Both the position numbers and the translations under genes were made by a program. The notes beneath the pieces were generated by a model. That model ran no database searches. It was not told the DNA's origin and saw nothing but the letters and a program-made list of their open reading frames with translations. A stretch of 18,155 nt of DNA, the filler included, from an uncultured virus (IMG/VR IMGVR_UViG_2061766007_000220) (lineage: Duplodnaviria > Heunggongvirae > Uroviricota > Caudoviricetes). It is 2 parts of one record of this genome, joined end to end, with 100 filler letters (N's around TTAATTAATTAA, not from the genome) between each part and the next. Parts side by side here need not be neighbours in the genome. Positions count along the whole stretch, not along the records: positions 1 to 17,363 come from IMGVR_UViG_2061766007_000220; 1 more part is not named here. One strand, written 5' to 3'. This document shows, one piece after another, positions 1-6,995 of this stretch (position 1 is the first letter of the stretch; each line of letters starts with the position of its first letter).

Positions 1-90
1 AGTTGTAGTCGCCCGAGTTGTAGTCGCCCGAGTTGTAGTCGCCCGAGTTGCAGTTGCCCGAGTTGTAGTTGCCCGAGTTGCAGTAGCCCG
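1..90. repeat. 15-bp tandem repeat, 6 copies (AGTTG(T/C)AGTHGCCCG), encoding the pentapeptide repeats
   Basis: agttgtagtcgcccg x3 followed by three variant copies; the array is cut by the window start. Confidence 0.95.
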
Positions 91-400
91 TACAAGTCTT
101 ATTAGTATTACTTGCTTCTCTTGGGTTTTTTATTTCTCTGACAATACGGATCTTATTCGTAACGTATTTGTTACCGTTAGCATCTTTAACAATCTCGCCC
201 AACGGTTCTACTTCGCATACTCTTGTATCCTCTGACATCGAGTAATAGTCGTAAACATCAGAAACACTATTGCAAAAATGAAAGCCCTTATTGCAGAGAA
301 TGGGTAAACCCTCAATTTCGTAGGTCTTTCCAATTTCATACTGAAAACCCCTGCAAGTTAAATTATTCTCAAATGCTTTGTAATACTTTTTCTTTGGCAT
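1..400 (-). CDS. Phage pentapeptide-repeat protein with DUF7666-like N-terminal domain (runs off the window edge)
   Basis: Not in the ORF track. My translation from ATG 400 (RBS AGGAGG at 407-412) gives MPKKKYYKAFENNLTCRGFQYEIGKTYEI...CNKGFHFC...RVCEVEPLG...NKIRIVREI, followed by NSG(N/D)(Y/C) repeats. Confidence 0.85.
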   Translation of the reverse strand, partial: MPKKKYYKAFENNLTCRGFQYEIGKTYEIEGLPILCNKGFHFCNSVSDVYDYYSMSEDTRVCEVEPLGEIVKDANGNKYVTNKIRIVREIKNPREASNTNKTCTGYCNSGNYNSGNCNSGDYNSGDYNSGDYN

Positions 401-413
401 ATTGATCCTCCTT

Positions 414-1056
414 TTATCCGAAACAAAATTCCTCGCCTTTCCATTCCCAAAATACTCTGCCTTGATTAAAGTGTGCTTGATAAACCACATTTCTCGGTGC
501 TATCGGGCCATATTGCAGCAGTATTTCTGCAAGCCTGTAACATTCTTCCGGAAGTTCCTTTCCGATAAAACCTTTGGTTCGTGGAGCATATTGTTCGTAC
601 TTCTCTGATTTCTGATAAACGACATCATGGATATTGTTTGGAAAGTCGGGAGATAAGACTCTGTTGAGTACAACACTTCCGGCAAGCATCATTTCGTAGC
701 GATTTGGATANNNNNNNNNNNNNNNNNNNNNNNNNNNNNNNNNNNNNNNNNNNNNNNNNNNNNNNNNNNNNNNNNNNNNNNNNNNNNNNNNNNNNNNNNN
801 NNNNNNNNNNNNNNNTGAGCGTTTCAAGCCGTTCGATTTCTTTGGAACATAACTCCAAGTCTGTTTGTGCTTCGAGCAACTTGATTTCATAGTCCTCTGC
901 TTTTGTCTGCCAATCAAGTGCTTTCTGCTCATAAGTCGTCACGCGTTCGTAGATCATTCTATTTTCTTCGTTAAGATACCGCACTTGAACTGCGAGTGCT
1001 ATCACAAATAATCCGCAAATCAACAGTGCTACAGACAAAACAATACTTTTCTTCAT
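414..1056 (-). CDS. Membrane-anchored SleB/Hydrolase_2-like cell wall hydrolase (spans an N gap)
   Basis: N-terminal hydrophobic segment and coiled coil (ORF 625..1056), then C-terminal ...MMLAGSVVLNRVLSPDFPNNIHDVVYQ...QY (ORF 414..932). The variant copy supplies DIDILAAVMYGEE, the putative catalytic Glu region. Confidence 0.7.
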
Positions 1057-1143
1057 TGATAACCTCTCTTTCGAAATGGTAATAATCCGTACCTTTTTAC
1101 AAAAAAATCCCTCAAACCATTTGAGCGTGTCGGAACTCTTAAT

Positions 1144-1530
1144 TTACGAATNNNNNNNNNNCCTGTTGAGTACAACACTTCCGGCAAGCATCATTTCGTA
1201 GCGATTTGGATATTCCTCTCCGTACATTACCGCTGCCAAAATGTCAATATCATCTTGTGCGTATTCGCAATTCCACTCGCCATTAAAGACGTATTCGGAG
1301 ATTTCCTCAATATCTTCCTCATTTTTCTTCAACATACTCATTTCCTCTGAAATGATGTANNNNNNNNNNNNNNNNNNNNNNNNNNNNNNNNNNNNNNNNN
1401 NNNNNNNNNNNNNNNTGCGTTCGTAGATCAGTCTGTTTTCTTCGTTAAGATACCGCACTTGAACTGCGAGTGCTATCACGAATAATCCGCAAAGCAACAG
1501 TGCTACAGACAAAGCTATTTTTCTTTTCTT
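1144..1530 (-). CDS. Partial variant copy of the cell wall hydrolase gene (assembly duplicate)
   Basis: Near-identical to parts of 660-710 and 940-1140, bounded by N gaps. A third short fragment lies at 1629-1676. Confidence 0.7.
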   Translation of the reverse strand, partial: KKRKIALSVALLLCGLFVIALAVQVRYLNEENRLIYERXXXXXXXXXXXXXXXXXXXYIISEEMSMLKKNEEDIEEISEYVFNGEWNCEYAQDDIDILAAVMYGEEYPNRYEMMLAGSVVLNRXXXXS

Positions 1531-1717
1531 CATTGATAACCTCTCTTTCAAAATGGTAATAATCCTTACCTTTTTACAAAAAATCCCTCAAACCATTTGA
1601 GCGTGTCGGAACTCTTAANNNNNNNNNNCAGTCCGCAAAGCAACAGTGCCACAGACAAAACAATTCTTTTCTTCATTGATAACCTCTCTTTCAAAATGGT
1701 AATAATCCTTACCCTTT

Positions 1718-2925
1718 TTACAAAAAATCCCTCAAACCATTTGAGCGTGTCGGAACTCTTAATTTACGAATTGCTTTTGCTTCTACTTGCCGGATACGTT
1801 CTCTTGTAACGCCCATTTCTTTAGCGACTGCTTCCAAAGTCATTTCCTCTCCGCTATCCCAACCTGTTCGCATTTTCAAGACTTTTTGTTCTCGCTCGGT
1901 CAATTCCGACATGCTCTTTTCAAGCATTTGACGAAGTGCCATTCGGTCTATTTCTTCGGTAAAATCCTTGTTGTCTCGCACNNNNNNNNNNTTCAGTCAA
2001 TTCCGACATGGTCTTTTCAAGCATTTGCCGAAGTGCCATTCGGTCTATTTCTTCGGTAAAATCCTTGTTGTCTCGCACCATTTCGTCAAAAAAGACATCG
2101 TCAGGCAAATCTTCCGGAAAGTCCGTGTACGCTATCTCGTCTAAACTTTCCGCNNNNNNNNNNATCGGGCATATCTTCCGGAAAGTCCGTGTACGCTATC
2201 TCGTCTAAACTTTCCGTGTTTATTACCGACATTACAAAGCCGGCAACTCCATCTTTTAGGCGGTCACAACGGTAATCTGTAACGTGATTATCAGGAATAT
2301 GCGTAGCGTAGTGGTCGAGTGATTTTCTCATANNNNNNNNNNATCTATTACGGACATTACGAAACCGGCAACTCCGTCTTTTAGGCGGTCACAACGGTAA
2401 TCTGTAGCGTGATTATCAGGAATATGCGTAGCGTAGTGGTCGAGTGATTTTCTCATAGCTGCAAACATATACCAGTTTGCGTATGTGCTAAATGCGCCCT
2501 TGCGAAAATCGTGTTTTTCAGCAGCCTTGATAAGTGCCAATCTCGCTTCCTGAACGGCATCATCGTATGTAAACAANNNNNNNNNNGCAACGGTAATCCG
2601 TGGCGTGATTATCGGGAATATGCGTAGCGTAGTGGTCGAGTGATTTTTTCATGGCTGCAAACATATACCAGTTTGCGTATGTGCTAAATGCGCCCTTGCG
2701 AAAGTCGTGTCTTTCTGCTGCTTTGATAAGTGCCAATCTCGCTTCCTGAACGGCATCATCGTATGTAAACAAGTGGTTTAACATGCCCTTTTCTTTTATC
2801 TTGTTTACGAACTTATGAACATATCCATCGTTAAGTTCAAGAATCTCTCCGATAACCGATCTGTCACCATGTTGTAAGCGTTCGCATAATTGCTGATTTC
2901 TCGTCCGGTAATTATTCTGCGTCAT
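1718..2925 (-). CDS. Sigma-70 family RNA polymerase sigma factor, in overlapping duplicated fragments (about 240 aa reconstructed)
   Basis: Region 2-like YDDAVQEARLALIKAAERHDFRKGAFSTYA and region 4 LTEREQKVLKMR...TLEAVAKEMGVTRERIRQVEAKAIRKLR. The fragments overlap across 10-N gaps. Confidence 0.9.
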
Positions 2926-3161
2926 AAGTCATTACCTCTGTTCTCGGTAAGAATAGGGCAAATATACCTATAGACCGCATAATCTTTTCCGTCTGTAGGT
3001 TTGTCTGTTGAAATAACATGATACTTGCGAAGCCGATTGATAACAACTGATAGCCGGAAATTACCGTAAAGGTTAAGTGCTTCAAGCGGAGTGATCGTTC
3101 CTTTGCTCTGCAAGTGTTCCAGAATTTTTGAAGTGGTAGAATTATTCCTATGCTTTTCCAT
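2922..3161 (-). CDS. Small winged-helix/HTH DNA-binding protein (79 aa); variant copy at 3190-3348
   Basis: MEKHRNNSTTSKILEHLQSKGTITPLEALNLYGNFRLSVVINRLRK...YAVY, with a purine-rich RBS and an ATGA overlap with the sigma gene. Confidence 0.75.
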   Translation of the reverse strand: MEKHRNNSTTSKILEHLQSKGTITPLEALNLYGNFRLSVVINRLRKYHVISTDKPTDGKDYAVYRYICPILTENRGNDL

Positions 3162-3376
3162 TTTGAACCCCCTTTTTATNNNNNNNNNNATCTGTTGAAA
3201 TAACATGATACTTGCGAAGCCGATTGATAACAACAGATAACCGGAAATTACCATAAAGGTTAAGTGCTTCAAGCGGAGTAATCGTTCCTTTGGTCTGCAA
3301 GTGTTCCAGAATTTTGGAAGTGGTAGAATTATTCCTATGCTTTTCCATTTTGAACCCCCTTTTTATNNNNNNNNNN

Positions 3377-3465
3377 GACACAAGTGTAGCCAACCTTTTT
3401 CGGCATTGTCATTCTCTGTGAGGTGTCCTGCTCTCTCTCACATCATCTGGGAGCTACCCAGCGAC
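3377..3465 (-). ncRNA. Structured RNA directly 3' of tRNA-like unit B, possibly the 5' part of a skipping-rope motif
   Basis: GTCG-CTGGG tagct CCCAG-ATGAT-GTGAG...CTCAC-AGAGAA-TGAC forms a three-way junction. The variant at 17464-17490 has a compensatory hairpin, TCGGG tcata CCCGA-ATGATGTGAG. The family name is from memory and unverified. Confidence 0.55.
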
Positions 3466-3570
3466 TATCTCGGGTAAGGATTTGCACCTTACATGACTCC
3501 GTACCGTCAACTGTACTTGCCTTGGTGTTGGCATACAACCTAGCGTTTACCATTTTCCGCCACCGAGATA
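3466..3570 (-). ncRNA. tRNA-like unit B, allele 1 (50-nt insert)
   Basis: TATCTCGG-TG-GCG GAAAATGGTAAA CGC-[50 nt]-GTAAGG TGCAAAT CCTTAC-CCGAGATA. No canonical anticodon arm and no encoded CCA. Confidence 0.8.
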
Positions 3571-3622
3571 CTCTTTCTCAATCAACTTCTGNNNNNNNNN
3601 NTCTTATGTCATCTTCCCAGGC

Positions 3623-3782
3623 TATCTCAGGGTGAGGACTTGAACCTCACATGATGGTTTCCCTTGTTGTCGTATCGGTTTATACCCCGACATTGTTGGC
3701 TCAACTTTTTGTCTACATACCATCAAGACTCTGTTATTACTTCAACAAGTTTGTATGCGTCTACATTCCGCCACCCGAGATA
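3623..3782 (-). ncRNA. tRNA-like unit A, allele 1 (106-nt insert)
   Basis: TATCTCGGG-TG-GCG GAATGTAGA CGC-[106 nt]-GTGAGG TTCAAGT CCTCAC-CCTGAGATA. Confidence 0.8.
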
Positions 3783-3812
3783 CAATCGACATTAAATCGA
3801 CTTGTTGTATGT

Positions 3813-3841
3813 AGTATATTACGTTTTTCTAAATATGTCAA
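3813..3841 (-). promoter_or_regulatory. Sigma-A type promoter driving the tRNA-like locus
   Basis: TTGACA (3841-3836), 17-nt spacer, TATACT (3818-3813); identical copy at 18109-18137. Confidence 0.85.
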
Positions 3842-3850
3842 GCGTAAATC

Positions 3851-4102
3851 TCACTTTTTTGAGCGGATTTTTTCATCGTTTACGCTCATTTTGCAACTCA
3901 CCCGAACAATACTTTCGTCGTTGTTTTCGCGCAACCTACGCATAATCTCTGCACAAAAGCTGATAGAGCAGGCGGTTTTACCTTCGATCACTTCCATTCC
4001 CACATCTTTTGCGCACTCCAATATGTAAAGAACATCGACTTCTTCACGCGTAGGCGTTCCAATGTCGTCAACAATCAATCCGAAAACGTTTCTGCGTAAC
4101 AT
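3851..4102 (-). CDS. Hypothetical protein (83 aa)
   Basis: ORF with an RBS (AAGGGAG) and TAATG coupling to the upstream ORF. Confidence 0.65.
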   Translation of the reverse strand: MLRRNVFGLIVDDIGTPTREEVDVLYILECAKDVGMEVIEGKTACSISFCAEIMRRLRENNDESIVRVSCKMSVNDEKIRSKK

Positions 4103-4275
4103 TACTGCTCTCCCTTCTCTCCGTTGATCTCATCCAATACCGAACCGATGTAATGCGATATGGTCTTTTTCGCATCGTCAAGGTCTATCTTTCCGTTGAC
4201 TGCTTTGGCTGATAAATCGCCCATTACTTCCGCCCATGCCGTAATAAGTTTGGTATTCTTTTCTTCGAGTGTCAT
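4102..4275 (-). CDS. Hypothetical protein (57 aa)
   Basis: MTLEEKNTKLITAWAEVMGDLSAKAVNGKIDLDDAKKTISHYIGSVLDEINGEKGEQ, coupled by ATGA and TAATG overlaps on either side. A variant copy lies at about 17687-17806. Confidence 0.7.
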   Translation of the reverse strand: MTLEEKNTKLITAWAEVMGDLSAKAVNGKIDLDDAKKTISHYIGSVLDEINGEKGEQ

Positions 4276-4625
4276 TTGATCGTACCGTCCTTTCTCATGT
4301 TTTCAACGTGTCTAACCGCATTTTGTATAAATGGAAGTATGCTAGGTAACGCAATTCCATTTCCCCATAATTTGTACTCCGCACTGTCTGAATGTTCTAC
4401 GTCAGCGCACCAGTCAACCGGAAATCCTTGTAGCGCAGCGCACTCTGTAGGTGTTAAGCGTCTTACCTCGTACTCTGATTCCATTTCTCCGCTCCTTTCA
4501 ATTATCACGCCATGTCTTTCTGTGGAGTTTAGGGTATATTGTTCTCTATCTCCTTGTGAGATACCCTCTCCACAATGTGACGGTCTTTGACCGTTTCCTT
4601 CAAATGTTCCGTGAACTATAACCAT
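4272..4625 (-). CDS. C5 cytosine methyltransferase C-terminal polypeptide (last TRD-like module plus motifs IX-X)
   Basis: VRRLTPTECAALQGFP (motif IX) and YKLWGNGIALP (motif X), with its own RBS (GAGG) and ATG. Confidence 0.9.
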   Translation of the reverse strand: MVIVHGTFEGNGQRPSHCGEGISQGDREQYTLNSTERHGVIIERSGEMESEYEVRRLTPTECAALQGFPVDWCADVEHSDSAEYKLWGNGIALPSILPFIQNAVRHVENMRKDGTIK

Positions 4626-5774
4626 TTCTTTTCCTCACAAGAACCGCTATTTGATCGTGCATACAGTTTAGTGTCGGACATAGTTTGTGAAGTTTCAACT
4701 GTTGAAGCTGCCCGTTTCCGATGCACCATGACGTACTGTTGCCCCCCCCNNNNNNNNNNACTACAACGCCCGTTCCGTGAAACCTTTTGAGGTATTCGGA
4801 TTAGCAGAAAACATTACCGGTTTAGGATTTGACGTACCGCACGATAATGTTCCTTGCTATGGATATTATCTCAAATGGGATGATAGAAGAATCCTATATC
4901 TGACAGACTTGGAGTATTGCCCTATCGACTTGTCCAAAATCACACCTACTGACGTGATAGTAGAATGTAACTATTGCGAGNNNNNNNNNNCTGACATTAT
5001 GTGTCGGCTTTGAACATCGCCAGGATTTAAGCAGGCCATACTATCGCTCTCCTTTTACCTGTTTCACTGTCGTTTTCGGAACAAAGAGTGTTTGATCTTG
5101 GCTAATCCCAAGTGTCGCCGAAAGGTTTTCTTGTATCAAAGCCCCTTTTCCGGCTTTCTTGCCTTTACTATCCACTTCACACCCCCCCGAACTTTTAAGG
5201 TGTAAACTATCGCCTTTTCTGTAGTATCAGTTTGTTCTGAACCACTTGCTCTTGCTGACACCATTTGTGATCTGTCGCACATAGCGCTCCTATCTTATCT
5301 TGGTAAATCAACCACTGACTTTCTGCAACATACGGCCGACCCCCCCCGTGCCACTAAAGCGGGTTCTTCGTTTTCAAAAACTTGGAAGTCGTATTTTGCA
5401 TTGTAGCCTTGATTCCATGCGTACCGGTCTAGTCCGTATGCTAATTTGTCGTTATCAGGGCTGTCGTTTGCTTGTTTTGCCTCTTCTTCAATACGCACGG
5501 ATACCCTTGCCCCGCTTGACCCCCGCCTATCGAAATTGCCGTGTGCTTCTCTTTCGTCAGCCAACATTCGCCATTTCCTTTCGATACTACTCCATATGCT
5601 TTTGTAAAATCAGTTTGCTCTGTCGGAGTGCAAAATGATTGGTGTATTACCGCCCCCCGTGCCATACCTTGCCGTAACACTATTTCCGACTGTTCGGCAT
5701 TCCGTGACTCGACTATCTTGCGGGTGATGGTCGTAGTATATGTATCGACATCGGGGGTCATAAGTTTTTTTGAC
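4600..5774 (-). CDS. Array of overlapping short reading frames encoding methyltransferase TRD-like modules
   Basis: Modules lie in different frames: 5610-5774, 5441-5761, 5295-5567, 5207-5340, 5041-5282 (shifted at G7), 4991-5039 (cut by gap) and 4600-4749. Each complete module has a TL-like motif. Positions 4760-4980 are an unrelated misplaced contig. Confidence 0.7.
4760..4980 (+). other. Misplaced inverted contig: middle part of the MBL hydrolase gene
   Basis: Reverse complement nearly identical to 9946-10079 (NVPCYGYYLKWDDRRILYLTDLEYCP), flanked by N gaps. Confidence 0.9.
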
Positions 5775-6585
5775 TTACTCCGTCAGCAGCTTCTGTAACT
5801 CCGCTTCTGATATATTCGCTTGCGCTAACAATGCGTTCTTCAAGACTTCGGGAAGCGTCTTGCCACGTTTCTCGGATCGCCTTAAAATTCCAAGGCAAGC
5901 CTTTGCGCTCAAAAAGTATTTCTGTGGCACTGTTTCCTGTAAAATCTGCCACAAGAAAGACTCTTCTACGTCTCTGTGGCACTCCTTCGTTAGCTGCGTT
6001 TCGGACACACCATGCGATGCTCCATCCGTTACCGTCCAAACATCCGGCATTTGTCCACTTTCCGTTTTTAGGCGAAGGTACATGAACTTCGGGGTCGATG
6101 ACCCTTGCGATTTCTTCAAGGACGCACCTAAAATCTTCTCCCTTGGGGTTTCCTGATGACAATGCTCCGCAGACATTTTCCCAACACCAGATGTAAGGCC
6201 TGACGTATTGAATAGGCTTATCTGATTGTCGCATTCGTAATTGTTCAAATTCATGTTCGCGCATCTCCTTTGTGATTCTAATTACTTCATGGAAAAGGCT
6301 CGATCTCGTATCAGAACCTTGTTCCATTCCCTTGCGCTTTCCGGCAACGGAAATATCCTGACATGGACTCGAATTAGTCATTATGTCGCAAGGCTCTATG
6401 TCGTAACCGCTTACCTTTGTTATGTCGCCAAGCTGCTTGCATTCAGGAAAACGCTTTGCTTCAAGCCGAACTGGAAACGGCTCTATCTCGCTCTCCCATA
6501 TCGGTGTTGCTCCGCACAACTTGGCGGCTAATTCCCATGTGCCTGACCCCGAAAAGAAATTTCCCAGTGTCACTCTCTCACTCAT
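5758..6585 (-). CDS. C5 cytosine methyltransferase catalytic N-terminal polypeptide (motifs I-VIII)
   Basis: FSGSG (I), LGDI (III), SPCQDIS (IV, catalytic Cys), WENV (VI), PQRRRRVF (VIII); RBS AGGAG. Confidence 0.95.
   Translation of the reverse strand: MSERVTLGNFFSGSGTWELAAKLCGATPIWESEIEPFPVRLEAKRFPECKQLGDITKVSGYDIEPCDIMTNSSPCQDISVAGKRKGMEQGSDTRSSLFHEVIRITKEMREHEFEQLRMRQSDKPIQYVRPYIWCWENVCGALSSGNPKGEDFRCVLEEIARVIDPEVHVPSPKNGKWTNAGCLDGNGWSIAWCVRNAANEGVPQRRRRVFLVADFTGNSATEILFERKGLPWNFKAIRETWQDASRSLEERIVSASEYIRSGVTEAADGVSQKNL
5775..6254 (-). CDS. Alternative-frame methyltransferase subunit nested in the catalytic gene (M.EcoHK31I beta-like)
   Basis: 159-aa ORF in the +1 frame ending LWQILQETVPQKYFLSAKACLGILRRSEKRGKTLPEVLKNAL, the segment expected after motif VIII. 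AAGGAG lies upstream of the ATG. Confidence 0.75.
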   Translation of the reverse strand: MNLNNYECDNQISLFNTSGLTSGVGKMSAEHCHQETPREKILGASLKKSQGSSTPKFMYLRLKTESGQMPDVWTVTDGASHGVSETQLTKECHRDVEESFLWQILQETVPQKYFLSAKACLGILRRSEKRGKTLPEVLKNALLAQANISEAELQKLLTE

Positions 6586-6602
6586 GCGTTTCTCCTAATA
6601 CC

Positions 6603-6905
6603 TTATAATTTTGTCACTGTGTACTCCCATTTCTTACCCTCGTACAGATAAGCATGAGTAAGTTCGTTACCGTACTCTGATTCATAGCGTTCAAACTCCG
6701 GTATTGTGATATTGAAACCGCCATGAATGTTTGAATACTTTAAGACAAACCACATTCCAAGACCTCTGTTATCGGGTTTCCACAGCCCATCTTCATTGAA
6801 GCTACCACCCCTCATGCAAAAATCTCGAAGTTTCGGGTCTGACACAATGTCTATCTGTGCGTATCTTTCGGTGTCGTAACCGATTCCGAACCCGCAAAAT
6901 ATGGG
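6603..6905 (-). pseudogene. C-terminal fragment of a PAPS-reductase-family protein
   Basis: Begins IFCGFG (remnant of the GCxxC motif) and continues PKLRDFCMRGG...GLGMWFVL; no ATG or RBS. Confidence 0.6.
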
Positions 6906-6923
6906 GTATATCAACTTGAGTGT

Positions 6924-6990
6924 GTTTAGAGGAAAATCCTAAAGGCACTTTAGTATAGTAGAGTGCTGTGTTTAGGACTTTCCAATAAAC
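6924..6990. repeat. Long imperfect inverted repeat (hairpin)
   Basis: GTTTA..GGAAAATCCTAAA.GCACTTTA-gtatag-TAGAGTGC....TTTAGGACTTTCC..TAAAC. Confidence 0.8.
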
Positions 6991-6995
6991 GATAT

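Noticed and set aside
1..90. CRISPR array
   Set aside because: Contiguous 15-mers with no spacers, in frame within a CDS; no cas genes.
940..3366. Apparent tandem duplications of the hydrolase, sigma and HTH segments
   Set aside because: Every copy is bounded by N gaps and differs only by scattered substitutions, so these look like co-assembled strain variants rather than real repeats.
625..3366. Diversity-generating retroelement as the source of the variant copies
   Set aside because: Differences are not adenine-specific and no reverse transcriptase is present.
3542..3591. Prophage attL/attR pair with 17601-17650
   Set aside because: The duplicated part is the 5' half of the unit, both copies are gap-bounded, other flanking segments are also duplicated, and there is no integrase or host-gene boundary.
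3466..3782. Canonical or intron-containing tRNA genes, or tmRNA
   Set aside because: No 5-bp stem/7-nt anticodon loop, a 6-bp T stem and no CCA. The inserts are too short for group I introns or a tmRNA coding region.
3423..4028. Plus-strand ORFs here and elsewhere (e.g. 5770-6156, 11662-12909, 16354-16797, 17898-18110)
   Set aside because: Antisense shadows of minus-strand genes or ncRNAs, with no RBS or recognisable motifs.
4760..4980. Plus-strand ORF inside the methyltransferase, resembling an inserted element
   Set aside because: It is a misplaced piece of the MBL gene flanked by gaps.
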